A stretch of DNA of 64,000 nucleotides from Octopus vulgaris (Eukaryota). The stretch lies in NCBI GenBank assembly GCA_951406725.2, contig OX597820.1:97464001-97528000 (forward strand). The letters run 5' to 3'. Positions 27,513 through 42,231 of the stretch are shown here, piece after piece; position 1 is the stretch's first letter; every line of letters starts with the position of its first letter. The position numbers and the translations under genes are program-made. The notes under the pieces were generated by a model. That model was given only the letters and a program-made list of their open reading frames with translations. It was not told the DNA's origin and made no database searches.

Positions 27513-28026
27513 AAGTAAAATAAGATTTAATGGGTTTCATCTGACCGAAAAATAGTAACCTTTGCTCTTTCATTCTCAGATAGCTTGCTTTTATCTCTTT
27601 TATTGTTGTTGTTTACGTGTGCGTACACACACACATACACACACACGGACAGACACACAAAATGTGTCTGTGTGGCTGTGTATATACACACACACACACA
27701 CACACCACCCATACTCACATATATATCTACATAAGCACGACATTCTCGTGCTGGCTTCTAAGTAGATCGTATCTGAACTAAACATCTGCTCAACAAACTC
27801 TTTACTTTTGACGTCTATCTCTTACCAGCCCCGTCCCAAGTCCTTTCATTTTAGTCGTGATTGTCTTCTCACATGCTACCCCCATATTTTTGAAATAGTT
27901 TTTAAAATAACTTCTGTCGGCTTATACTGGATGTAAAGTCAAAGGCGAGTGGTCAACGAGGTCTCTTAGCAGTTTCTAGATACAGGGTTTCGTTTCCGCA
28001 GCGCGTCATCTTAGCCAAGTGTTTTT

Positions 28027-28768
28027 GATATTCACAACCTAAAAGGCGGCGAGCTGGCAGAAACGTTAGCACGCCGGGCGAAATGCGTGGCCGTATTTCG
28101 TTCGCCGTTACGTTCTGAGTTCAAATTCCGCCGAGGTCGACTTTGCCTTTCATCCTTTCAGGGTCGATAAATTAAGTACCAGTTACGCACTGGGGTCGAT
28201 GTAATCGACTTAATACCTATGTCTGTCCTTGTTTGTCCTCTCTGTCTTTAGCCCCTTGTGGGTAGTAAAGAAATAGATATTCACAAACTAGAAGGCGGCG
28301 AGCTGGCAGAAACGTTAGCACGCCGGGTGAAAAGCGTGGCCGTATTTCGTCTGCCGTTACGTTCTGAGTTCAAATTCCGCCGAGGTCGACTTTGCCTTTC
28401 ATCCTTTCAGGGTCGATAAATTAAGTACCAGTTACGCACTGGGGTCGATGTAATCAACTTAAACCGCTTGTCTGTCCTTGTTTGTCCCCTCTGTGTTTAG
28501 CCCCTTGTGGGTAGTAAAGAAATAGATATTCACAACCTAGAAGGCGGCGAGCTGGCAGAACCGTTAGCACGCCGGACGAAATGCGTGGCCGTATTTCGTC
28601 CGCCGTTACGTTCTGTGTTCAAATTCCGCCGAGGTCGACTTTGCCTTTCATCCTTTCGGGTCGATAAATTAAGTACCAGTTACGCACTGGGGTCGATATA
28701 ATCGACTTAATCCATCTGTCCTTGTTTATCCTCTCTGTGTTTATAGTCCCTAGTAGGTAAAAAAAAAA
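28027..28768 (+). mobile_element. Three head-to-tail SINE family 2 copies, 249-bp period
   Basis: Units start with gatattcacaa at 28027, 28276 and 28525. Confidence 0.9.
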
Positions 28769-28789
28769 GGAACAAAACTAACAATAAAT

Positions 28790-29032
28790 CAGCGGTTCTC
28801 ACCTGGAGTCCATATTGTCCTTGTGGATCTACATAAGATTTTATTGTTAAAGTTAATATGTAATAGATTGCTTATACTTCTTCTACAATACACAACTTTT
28901 GATATTGTTCCTAATAATCTTTAACTATAAAAATATAATTGGCTTTTTTAAACATTGAATAGCTATGACAGTCCACCTAAGTAAGACAAGAATCAAAGAG
29001 GTTCAAAGGTGAAAAATGGCTGAGACCCACTG
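28790..29032. mobile_element. hAT/Charlie-like MITE remnant
   Basis: Degenerate TIRs cagcggttctcacc and ggctgagacccactg, with TA-centred 8-bp flanks. Confidence 0.45.
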
Positions 29033-30992
29033 TTATAGATCAATGGAAACTGAGGCCGGCCATGGGCAAACTGCAGCCCGCAGGACTATCTGAATGGCAA
29101 CTCTAACGAGAAATTACCTTGAATTTTGTTGTCAGAAGTGCGGCTCCGTCTGGAACCTAGGGGTGGTTCGGCAAAAAGAGACCTATAAAATAAGTACCAG
29201 GCTTTAAATAATAAGTATCGGGGTCAATTTATTCCACCACACCCTTCAAGAAAGACACTGTCCCAACATGGCTGCAGTCTAAAAACTAAAAGATGGAAAA
29301 GAATAAAAGTGTACTCGTATATATTGCGAATATATATGTGCACGCATGTGCGTGTGTAGACATACCCGGATATTTGGAAGCACACTTCCAAAGACGAGTG
29401 ATTCCCCCCACCCCCACCCGCGACCCAGTTAATTATATGAGCTATTGTTTTCCCTTCTAACATCTCCAAGGTAGTGGAAACAGCCATTAACAGTTACGTT
29501 CTTTAACAACTTGAAACTCTCTCTCTCCTCAGTGATCACTCGCACAGCTTCCTCATACCATTCACCAGTGGGCTCTCGTTTCAAGAAGTTTGGTGAAAGC
29601 TGGTATTCACAAACGGAGAAATATTACTCAGTACATAAAACAGAATGTGCGTATTCATTCAGACGTTGAACATTCTTGAATCATAATTTTGAGTTTCACG
29701 TTTCCAGTAATTGAAACGACTGAAGTTAGATAGTGGTGGGATTATTTTACGTGCAAAACTTAACGAATATATCGAAATAGGATTTCGATTTGTTACTAAA
29801 AAATGTGTCACAGATTCATTTGTTCAACTCTCATGCGTGATACACTAATCTATTCAATGCAAAAAGAATTGTTTTCATGTGTAGGTTTCAAGTGCTTTCA
29901 CTTTTAGACTTAGATGGCGGGTATTGTTAAAGAAATTTTGATGTTGATGAAAACTGGATATTTTTCATTATATGATCATCTTTAATTGCATGTCATATTT
30001 CTTGTTCAAAATTACAAGCGGCTCTAACATGATATTAAACTTCTCCGAGATACAGAGATTACACACTCTGGAACTTTAAACGCAGGAGACGAAGTTTTCT
30101 ACAATAGAACCGTTGATAACCACCAAATAAACTACACACACACACACACACACACACAGCTCGAATTTTGAAGACATTGCCTGATTTTATCAAAATTCGG
30201 ATAATTCCAATCATAGAGCTTTATACAATTTTGAGCCGAACACTTAAAACAACTAAATGTCAAATCAATAATAATTACCTTCGTTAAATTTGCTATTGTG
30301 TATACACACACATCCATATATATGTATGTGTAATGTGTGTGTGTGTGTGTGTGTGTTGAGATGGCCACGTAAAATAACTTCGTGAAAAAGTTTTAAAAGG
30401 TTAAAGGTACTGGGATTGGTAAAAGTGATAATAAGCGTCACAGGCAATTCTTTTAGCCTTTTCACCGCTTTGCAAACATAGCAGTTTACGTGTTATAGAT
30501 TACGTGTCGATATTACAAGATACACATTTGTACTTCAACAGAAGTTAGACTAGCTATGAAATATGAGTACCCGGATGTGTCAAGTCAGCAAAGAGAAAAA
30601 CCGATCGCTTTTCTTTTTGCCCTCATCAGTTCAGCTCCTGCTTATCTGTGTCTATATATATTATGCATATTATACATGGATGAATATAGGTATATGCTTA
30701 TATATATTATACTAATGTATATAACATATATATTACATACATATTATATGAATATGTGTGTGAGTTTGTGCTAGTGTTCGTTCCCTCTCACCGTTAAACA
30801 ACTTGTGTTGGTTTGTTTACGCCCCCTGTAATTTAGAGTTTTGACAGAAGTACTGGAGTCGATTTGTTCGACTAAACCCTTCAAGGTAGTGATCCAGCAT
30901 GACCTCGGTCCAATTTCATGTCGAATTCTACTTGGTGAAATTACTGATTACTTCTTAATTAATTATTTTTACCCTTTGTTATTATTATTATC

Positions 30993-31033
<41 letters not shown>

Positions 31034-31053
31034 CATGTTTAAATGTTTATATC

Positions 31054-31110
<57 letters not shown>

Positions 31111-32478
31111 ATGTACACACACACACAGAGTTCTAGTTACATATAAACGAGAGAATACTCATTGTGTGCATGTATACTTTATTTTTATTAGTGGACATTT
31201 GATGAATTGCTCTGTTATAAGTCGTAGTTTTCTCACCACATGCTCTCAGGAAACTTCCGAGAACAACATACATTATTAGTGAGGCACCTGTTGAGCCGAT
31301 TCTGATTGATTCGGAGCTTTTCTATACGTACATATAACGCTACCCAACATAAATATAAGCTATGGGAAATAACTCAAATGGGCCATTGTCATAATCTATA
31401 TAGAGTATGTCGGTGCTCATGTACTAATTGATGTACACAAAAAATTGATAATGAACTGAAAATCGTTATTTAGTTGGCAATTGAAAATAAAAGCTTAGCG
31501 TCTGGGCACTATTAACGACTCTCAAAAACAAGGGAGATAATTACAAGATATTTATCAACACAGAAAATTGTATCTGATCAACGAAGTAAGGTGATCAACG
31601 AAGTATGATCTCAAATCTATTCTGATCCGCAGACTCTGATTTTTCTCAGGCAGAAAAAGATTAAAAAAAAAATTTTATCCCCTACAATTTGCATCATGCC
31701 CACCTCCAATATATAAATGAATAAATAAATACAATACAAAAATTCCACTGTTCCTCCAGCCTCCCAAAAGAAACTCTTAGAGATAAGGGATAGAACTTCC
31801 AGCCGTGACCATCTTATTTCTTAAAGAGTATGTAGTATTATACAATATGTTCTTTATTGAAGATTGCAAGGTATTATTCGAGGAATATTTGACTGTGTTT
31901 TTCAGCATGTGAAGCGACCATATGGCTGTTCGCTTGTTGGCTCAGATGCATGCCAGTTATACACTGTGGTTGATTTAAGAGTCAAGTAAGATTTAGCTGC
32001 TGTTTTCAGCACGTCACACCAATACACGGAAGCTCTTTCATTGGTTCGAATGTATACCAGTTATACTCTGTGGTTGATTTAATAGTTTCTACCTCTTCTA
32101 CTGAAGAATTTGTCATTATGCTATAAAAAATGATGTTTAATAATCAACATTTTTTAAATCTTAGGTGAAATTTCGTTGCAGTCGTCGAGTTCACTTTTCG
32201 CAATTATATAGATATATAATATTTATAAATAAAAGGCAGAGCATTGGGAATCAATAAACGAAGATTCAATTAAATAGATACTTTCTGAGTAGAAAACCTT
32301 TGCCGAAAGAAAATTTCTCATTCACCCTTGGGGAGAGGGAGCGTCATTATTAAGATATTGGATTGGCAGAATTGGTAAAGCGAAAGACAAAATGCTTTAT
32401 AATAATTTCTCTTTTCGTTCTGAGATCAAATTCTGCCAAACTTATTCGGATTTCATTGTCTGTGACTTACCTCCTCCT

Positions 32479-32601
32479 CTTCTTCTTCTTCTTCTTCTTC
32501 TTCTTCTTCTTCTTCTTCTTCTTCTTCTTCTTCTTCTTCTTCTTCTTCTTCTTCTTCTTCTTCTTCTTCTTCTTCTTCTTCTTCTTCTTCTTCTTCTTCT
32601 T
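32479..32601. repeat. Pure (CTT)n trinucleotide tract (~41 units)
   Basis: Read directly from the sequence. Confidence 0.95.
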
Positions 32602-33502
32602 TGGGGGCGGCGAACTTGGCGGAATCGTTTGCACGCCGGGCAAAAAATGCTTATCAGCATTTCGTCCGTCTCTACGATCTGAGTTCAAATTCTGCCGAGG
32701 TCGACTCGACTTTCCCTTTCATCCTTTCGGAGTCGATGAATTAAGTACCAGTGAAACACTGAGGTCGAGGTAATCGACTAGACCATCAAATTTCGGGCCT
32801 TGTGCTCATAGTAGAAAGGATTATTGTAATTATTTTTTATTACTTTTATTACTTAAGGCTGGCGGAATCGTTTGTCAAAATGTTTAGCGGTATTTCGTTT
32901 GTCTTTACGTTCTGAGATCAAATACTACCGAGGTCAGTTTTGGCTTTCATCCTTTCGAGGTCGATAAAATAAGTTCCGGTCAAAATCGACCTCTCCCTCT
33001 TCTCAAAATAGCTAGTACCCCGCCTTCAAAATTGCTAGCTTGTGCCAAAATTAGAAAGCACTATTATTATTATGCTGAAAGTTTACAACTAAGACGTTTA
33101 ACTCTGGCTGGCTCAGACCATCTACCTCTAAATAAGTACCATGGGATATGTATAAAAGTAAAATATAATGGAGATCAAAGATAGAAATAGTCACTTAGTA
33201 TGTAAGGCGGAAGCTTCGACCCGCGGTGTCCCTTGTTCGTTCATGGAGTTTAAGATAAAGACAGGAGAGATTATTTTTAACACTTTAAAAATAAAGTGCG
33301 TAGAGACGAGAAATGACACCTGCACCTGTGTAAAAACAAGAATGAGTTTTTCAAGTTCAGGTGAGGCATTCCATGAAAATATTGGCTAGGTGGTTTATAG
33401 CGCGCACGCTCGCACTCGCACGCACACACACACTTTTTGTGTGCGTGCGAGTGTATGTATGCGTGTATTTATTTGTGTGTGTGTGTGTGTGTGTGTATAT
33501 AT

Positions 33503-33885
33503 TCTTTTATTTGTTTCAGTCAGTTGATTGCGGCCATGCTGGAGCACCGCCTTTAATCGAACAAAATCGACCCCAGGACTTATTCTTTGTAAGCCTAGTA
33601 TTTGTTCTATCGGTCTCTTTTGCCGAACCGCTAAGTTACGACGACGTAGACACGCTACCATCGGTTGTCAAGCGATGGTGGGGGACAAACACAGACAAAC
33701 ACGCACACACACACGCACGTACCCCCCACACATATATATACGACGTGCTTCTTTCAGTTTCCCTCTACCAAGTCCACTCAAAGCTTTGGTCAGCCCGAGG
33801 CTATAGTACAAGACACTTGCTCAAGGTGCCACGCAGTGGGACTGAACCCGGAATCATGTGGTTGGTAAGCAAGCAACTTACCACG
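33503..33885 (-). mobile_element. SINE family 1
   Basis: Match to the family consensus. Confidence 0.85.
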
Positions 33886-33996
33886 TTTGTATGTATATAT
33901 GTGTGTATGTATATGTGGATGTATGGCTATATGAGTAGGTACGTACACACACACACACACACACAGACACATATAAATATACTCTATATGTATGCA

Positions 33997-34027
<31 letters not shown>

Positions 34028-34269
34028 GTGTTTGTAAATATATATATATATATAAATCTTAGTTTGATTTCTTGTATACGAGCAAAGCCATTCCTAGAAA
34101 GATTCATTGAAATAAGTCATTGTTGATGCAATGTGAGTCCCTTGTATGACTCTTGAGCCCGGCCAAAGATTTTCACATTCTATTTCATAATCCACAGTTA
34201 TGCTGGCTGGTAGAAGGAACAGGTGCCACAGTATATAAAGCAAAGAATATTCTTTGCTATTATGAACGC

Positions 34270-34710
34270 AATTGCATCATTAAAAGACTGACAGTGTCTT
34301 TGGATTTTTATAGCAACCAGCCGTTATTGACATAGGCGTCAAAAAACAGCCGGTCATTATACTGGCGTAAGACCATATAACTGTCAACGGTAGCTGATTA
34401 TTATCATGTCATTAAATCGCATTGCTGTCAATGACAGCTGGTATTTATATCGGTTTTAGGTATCATAGCTATTATAACAGCTGGTATTTATACTGTCATT
34501 AAACGTCATAGCTGTTAATAACAGCTGGTAATTAGATTGTCATTAAACGCCAAAACTGTCAATAACATCGTAATTAGAGCGCTATGGCTAACAATACAAT
34601 AACAGTTTTTATAACGTCGCTATATTATATAGTTGTCAATAACAACTGGTATTTATACAGTCATTAGGACTTACAGCTCTTAATAATAGCTAGCATTTAT
34701 ACCGTTCTTT
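34270..34710. repeat. Degenerate ~43-bp minisatellite
   Basis: Units resemble gctgtcaataacagctggtatttatactgtcattaaacgtcata. Confidence 0.7.
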
Positions 34711-36052
34711 GATCACAACGGCGAGAATAACTTATATTTACATATAACAATGTTACTTGCCATTGTTGCTGTCAATACGCTGTAGAATTATTCTTTAGGC
34801 TTCATAGCTTTTATACTGTTTAGCCCAAAGGGAAGTCAGTGCATGCAAGAGTTCTCAAACATATCTTCCTCGTCGTCGTCGTCCTCGTCATCATCATTTA
34901 GCATCTGTTTTTCATGTTGGCATGGGTTAGACGGTTTGACTGGTACTGGTAAGCGGGTAGTTGTACCAGGCTCCAGTCTGATTTGGCTGCCTTGATTTCT
35001 ACGGTTGGGCGCCCTCCCTAACGCCAACCACTCCCAAGAGTGTAGTGGGGAAGCCTTTTTACGTGTCACTGTCACTGGCCACAACTACGATTTAACTTGG
35101 CTTGACGTGACTCTCAAGCACAGCAAATCGCCAAAAGTGTCGATCATTTGACATCGCCTCCGTGATCTTGTTTCACTACCTCAAGGCGAATAGTTAACTG
35201 AATTGAAATTACTGGAACATAACTTATTGATCTTTGAAAGGTTGTGTGTGTACCAGCACTTGATTGGTACGTTATCCATCTCAAAAGAGTGACAGGCATT
35301 TTGTCAGGCGCTCTACTGGTTCCAAGAGTCTATGTCCTTTAATAAATAATTCTTTATACTATAGGCACAAGTCCTGAAATTTTGGTGGGGGTGGGGATGG
35401 GGGGAATACGTCGATTACATCGACCTCAGTGCTTAACTGGCACTTATTTTATTGACTTCAATCGGATGAAAGGCAAAACCAGCCTGGGCGGAATTTGAAC
35501 TCAGAGGGTAAAGATGGACAAACATGCCGCTAACTAATTTGTCAGGCGAGCTAACGATTCTGTTCGCTTGCCACCATGTCTGTTCTTCAATAATGAACAT
35601 AAAAATAATACCTTCTTAGTGTCACAACGGTAAAATTCTTCGAAAAAAACATCATGTTAATAGTGCATAAATCTATTAATGCATGCATGCATACATACAT
35701 ACGCTCATATCCACATATGAACATCCACACACATACACACAGTGCACACAAATACACACACACACACATATACCTGTATACACACACATACATGCACTAC
35801 ATGTAAATATATATGTATACACAAGTGCATAAATATATACATAAGTGCATACGCATATATACACACAGGTTGGTTTAGCAGGCCTTCTGGCATTTAAGGG
35901 ATATGTAAAAACAGTACTTTACGATTTTAAATGATATTTTTACAATTTTGTTGCGAACATATTTTATGTAAACTGTTTTAAATATTTTAGAAAAATGTCA
36001 AGTCAGCATAAAACTATATGAGAATATTCGTCGTCTCAAGAACTTCCATATT

Positions 36053-36125
<73 letters not shown>

Positions 36126-36180
36126 CAATCTATCAATATATATATATATAATAAACACGTTTGCGTGAATCTCGTCTACC

Positions 36181-36259
<79 letters not shown>

Positions 36260-36279
36260 ACCCCCCCCCCCCCAAAAAA

Positions 36280-36452
36280 AAGGATGAGCAACAAACAAAA
36301 AGTACAACAGCGCGAGTACCTGGTACATGTAAAATACTAGCAGACGTTCAAGGAAGGAAAGAAAGATGGTTTAACATTTCGAGCAATGCTCTTCTTCAGA
36401 AACAGAGGAAAGTCCAGTAGAAAGGAAGACGGAGGAAGAAAATCGCCGCCGA
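36280..36452 (-). mobile_element. Diverged family-A repeat; HHR at 36369-36403
   Basis: Minus strand gttt-CTGAAGA-a-gagc(att)gctc-GAA-atgt-T-aaac. The stem II loop differs from other copies while stems I and II are retained. Confidence 0.65.
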
Positions 36453-36609
36453 TTTTATATATACAAACGCTTATGTGACCCTATATATATATATATGTAA
36501 ACGTCTATGTTAATCTATATATTTATGAATAAAGTTGAGTATAGAAATTCGGGGTGACCCCAACCAAGAATTTTTGATGTAACACATGTCCTTGTGGAAG
36601 CTGTTGTGC

Positions 36610-36687
36610 GCGGCTGAAGAAGGTCACAGACATACATTATGCATTGTTATAAATCTGTCTAATAAAGGCCCGAAACATATGTACCGC
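36610..36687 (+). ncRNA. Type-I hammerhead ribozyme motif with long stem II insert
   Basis: gcgg-CTGAAGA-a-ggtc...ggcc-c-GAA-acatatgt-A-ccgc. Perfect palindromic stem III and GUA triplet. Confidence 0.7.
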
Positions 36688-36736
36688 TGAATCCTTCGCA
36701 TCATGTTTTTATTTTATTTATGAATAAACGTTTATG

Positions 36737-36782
<46 letters not shown>

Positions 36783-37199
36783 CATATATATATATCATGC
36801 ACACCGGACAAACACCCAACGTATCCTTTTCTAAAAATTATATAGAGCATATTTTGGGGGAAAGACTTAGATGTTATTACAAGTAAATCGTGCTTCTACA
36901 CGGATTTCTGACATAAGCAACATATTGTTTCTGGAACGGGCGACGAAAGGTTGTAATTCTGCGCGGGAACACTATCATCCCTTTCCTGTTCATGCCTCCA
37001 TTACCTCAAGAATATTGTTCTTATATAGGCTGTACCCATATGTTATTACTTAGGGAGTGAGGGATCATTAGGGCAACAAGTTGAAAGGTACAGTTAAATA
37101 AATACCTCACTTTTATAATTTCATATCTCGTCCGCAGCAGAGCGACCCTCGACAACCGTGCATACATACACGCAAATCTCTCTCTCTCCCATGTATGTT

Positions 37200-37295
<96 letters not shown>

Positions 37296-37569
37296 GTATG
37301 TATGAATAAATGTGTGTATGTATGTATGTATGTATGTATGTATGTATGTATGTATGTATGTATGAATGTATGTATGTATGTATATATATATATCAATGTA
37401 TGAAAATATGTATGTATGATATATGCATGTATAAATATATGTATGCATATATCTATGTATGTATATATATATATGTGTGTATGAATATGTGTTACGATAA
37501 GTGCTTGTATGAATACATGTAAGTCTGATATATACATGTATAAATACATGTATGCATGCATATATGTAT

Positions 37570-37600
<31 letters not shown>

Positions 37601-37703
37601 CATTTATGAATATATGTATGTATGTATATGTATGTTTATATATATATAGATGTATGCATGTATGAATATATATATGCATGTATTTAAATATATATGTATG
37701 ATA

Positions 37704-37770
<67 letters not shown>

Positions 37771-37920
37771 GAGTAAAGTTAAAACATGGTCTGAGAAAAA
37801 ATAAAAAAATTGTAATGCTCATAACAATTTTTTTATATTTAAATCCCTTAATAAGAAACGTGAAAACCATGTTTTAATTTTATTCAACTGTTATATTATG
37901 CTATACACATTCACACAAAA

Positions 37921-38015
<95 letters not shown>

Positions 38016-38087
38016 AAATATGTATGTGTGTAAAGATACCTGCATATGGGTGTGTGTGTGTGTGTGTGTTTCTGAGCACTATACACT

Positions 38088-38142
<55 letters not shown>

Positions 38143-38615
38143 GATGTATATTTTATGCGTATATATATATATATATACAAAATAAAGAGAGAGAGAGGTA
38201 TATTTTATGTATATATAATATGCGTAATGTATATATATATGTGCGTGTATTGTATTATTGTGTGTATACATATACATAAATATATGCATATACGTGCATA
38301 TACACACGCACACACTCATATATATAATTATATATATATACATATATATATATATATGCATATATATATATATGCATATATATATGTTTATATATATGTA
38401 TAAGTATATGTATATATGTATATACATATTTACGTATCTACATATATATGTGCGCGCGTATATATATATATATGTATATCAATTTAAATAATGAGGGAGA
38501 TAAATTGAATGTTAATTTAATTAATATCAATTTAAAACCAGTAGCCTAGCATATAGAAAAATCTGAAAATTCAGAAAATTTGTAATACGTGCATATAATA
38601 GGGGTGACCACTAAA

Positions 38616-38721
38616 TGGACATCCAATATGCTAGAAATAGATCTAATTACAAAGAAAAGAATGTTCTCTTTCCTTTGTAGTTAGATCGTAGGTGATCTTC
38701 TTCTAGCATACTGGATGTCCA
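38616..38721. repeat. Imperfect inverted repeat
   Basis: tggacatccaatatgctagaa pairs with ttctagcatactggatgtcca; gatctaattacaaag pairs with ctttgtagttagatc. Confidence 0.75.
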
Positions 38722-38759
38722 GTGTGTGTTGATGCCTATTATACGCATGTATATATATA

Positions 38760-38923
38760 TAGGCGCAATGAGTGGGTGTGTAGTTAGAAACCTGCTTCCC
38801 AACCACGTAGTTCTGGGTTCAGTCGTACTGCTTGGCACCTAGGGTGTCTTCTACTATAATAGTCTCGTGCCAACGAAAGCCTTGTGAGTGGATCAGGTAA
38901 ACGGAAACTGAAAGAAGCTTGTC

Positions 38924-38981
<58 letters not shown>

Positions 38982-39143
38982 ATATGTATAACTATATATA
39001 TATCTATCTATCTATCTATATATATATATATATATATACATATGTATATATATGTATAACTATATATATATCTATCTATCTATCTATCTATATATATATA
39101 TATGTATGTATCTAATATTTATACATGCATACACATACACGCG

Positions 39144-39178
<35 letters not shown>

Positions 39179-39385
39179 ATGTATTTATTTGAGTGTCTGT
39201 GTTTGTGGCCCTCCCCATCGACTGACAACAGATGTTTAAGCTCCTAAATCTAGCGGTTCGGCCAAAGAGAACGACAGAATAAGTACTAGGCTTACAAATA
39301 ATAAGTACTGGAGTCTGTTTATTTGACGAAAGGCGATGCCCAAACATGGCCGCGGTCAAATGACTGAAACAAGTAAATAAAGAGA
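38760..39385 (+). mobile_element. SINE family 1 with expanded internal microsatellite
   Basis: Head and tail match the consensus; the internal TA-rich tract is about 260 bp. Confidence 0.8.
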
Positions 39386-39687
39386 ATAAATACATGTGTT
39401 TAATCAAATATATTTACTTAGATATATATATATATATATGTATTATATATATATATATTTAGATAGATTGATAGATTATGTATATATATATATATTTATT
39501 TATTATGTGTATATATATATATTATATTATATGTATATATATATATATGTATATGTATGCATATACACATGTATACATATATATATCTATATCTATATAT
39601 TTATCTATATACATATATACATATCTATATCTATATATATATATTTATGTATATACACGTATATATATGTATGTACACACATATATA

Positions 39688-39734
<47 letters not shown>

Positions 39735-39764
39735 GTATATATGTATATATACATATACATATGC

Positions 39765-39811
<47 letters not shown>

Positions 39812-40360
39812 ATATCTATATACATACATATATATACATATATATATGTATATATATAGATATAGGTATATACCTATGTATATATATATATAATATGTAT
39901 AGAGATATACATATATGGATATACATATGTATGTATGTATATATATACATATATACACATACGTGTATATATATATATATATATGTATATAGATATAGCT
40001 ATATACACATATTGCTATGTATGATATTAAATATGTATATATATATATATTTACACAGATATATAATGTATGTGTCAGTATATATAATATATATGCATGC
40101 ATGTATATAGATATAGAGAGGTGTGTGTATATAAGGTACATGTAAAAATAAGTATGTGTATTTGTGTGCGTGTGTATCTCGATATGTATTCATAACTAGC
40201 TATTTATGTATCTGTCTCTACATTTCTACTTATATATACTTGTATACATACATATATACATACATATATATATATATATACATATATGTATATGTATATA
40301 TATACATATGTGTATATATAATTATATATACATATATGTACATGCATATATATACATATT

Positions 40361-40395
<35 letters not shown>

Positions 40396-40452
40396 TATAT
40401 ATAAATATTTATATATCTACAAGTCTATACTAAACAGATATGCGTCTATATC

Positions 40453-40492
<40 letters not shown>

Positions 40493-40536
40493 GTATATAA
40501 TATGTATATATATATACATATATATGTATATATATA

Positions 40537-40594
<58 letters not shown>

Positions 40595-40927
40595 TATATA
40601 TATACATACATGTATATATAAATATTTATATATATACATACATGTATATATAAATATTTATATATATACAAGTTTGTATTAAACAGATATGCGTCTATAT
40701 CTATGTGTGTGTGTGAGAGCGAGAGACGAGGGTACAGAGTGGGAAATCATGTGTGTGTGTGTATTTACATAACACCTTCGTGCGTTTGCCTGTCTATTTA
40801 CGTATAATGATGCAAGCATGACCCAATTTGTGTAACCAGTACTTCGGTTCCTAATTTAATCTATAAGTATATGTAAGCTGAGATTGGAAACATGTTTATG
40901 TCAAAGCAATGTATATATATATATATA

Positions 40928-41345
40928 CTCTTCTACGCTTTTACTTGTTTCAGTCATTTGACTGTGGCCATGCTGGAGCACCACCTTTTAGTCGAGCAAA
41001 TCGACCCCAGGACTTATTCTTATGTAAGCCCAGTACTTATTCTATCGGTGTTTTTTGCCGAACCGCTGAGTTACGAGGAGGTAAACACTCCAGCATCGGT
41101 TGTCAAGCGATGCTGATGGGATAAACACAGGCACACAAACATATGCACATACACATACATGTATACATATATACATATATACGACGGGCTTCTTTCAGTT
41201 TCCGTCTACCAAATCTACTCACAAGGCTTTGGTCGGCCCGAGGCTATAGTAGAAGACACTTGCCCAAGGTGCCACGCAGTGGGACTGAACCCTGAACCAT
41301 GTGGTTGGTAAGCAAGCTACTTACCACACAGCCGCACCTACGCCT
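40928..41345 (-). mobile_element. SINE family 1, full length
   Basis: Match to the family consensus. Confidence 0.9.
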
Positions 41346-41780
41346 ATATATATATATATATATATCAACACTCACATTTAGTATATATATATACACATAC
41401 ATATATATATATACATATATGCATTGTTTCTCTTACTATGTGTTCTTTTCATTCTGATGTCTATTACAGACATGTATATCCTTATTAGAGAAAGGTAATA
41501 CACACACATACATTTACTGATTTATACGAATATTTCCTTAGAAAGACCCTCTTTGGGAAACAGATATTAAAATGCACACGTATTTATATGTATGTATCTT
41601 TATACAGTTGTGAATGCATGTTTACATGTGTGTGTATGTTCGTGCTCGCTCGCGCGCGTATGTATGCATATGACTATATATGTGCGTGTCTATGTTTGTG
41701 TGTATGTATGTGTGTATGCATAAGTCTATGTGTGTATGTATCTTTCCCTTATAGGTCTATATTATATATGTATGTATGTA

Positions 41781-41825
<45 letters not shown>

Positions 41826-42135
41826 GTATATATATGCGTATATATATATATATACATACATATATTTATTTATAGACGCAATGTATTTACATACACACAC
41901 ATACGAATTATGGAAGGAGTCGAAGAAATTCTAGTCAAATTTAATCTTCCTAAGTTTACGTAATCAATGTTTTAATTAATATTATTTTAATTTGACATTT
42001 CAATTAAATTGTACCGTCTATTTCTATAGCATTGAAGTAGAAAAAGACATTGAGTTCAATGTCATGTTACACAATCAATCTTTAAATTGTCTCTTGCGCA
42101 AGCCCCGAATAAAAATGCGCGCGATACGCGCGCGC

Positions 42136-42178
<43 letters not shown>

Positions 42179-42231
42179 TATATATATAAATATATATATA
42201 AAATATATATATATAAATATATATATATAAA

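Noticed and set aside
29500-30130. Possible hAT transposase remnant (CVIH-like motif near 29835)
   Set aside because: Multiple stops, and the similarity is too weak to call without a translated search.
34270-34710. CRISPR-like array
   Set aside because: Degenerate tandem units without unique spacers, in a eukaryotic context with no cas genes.
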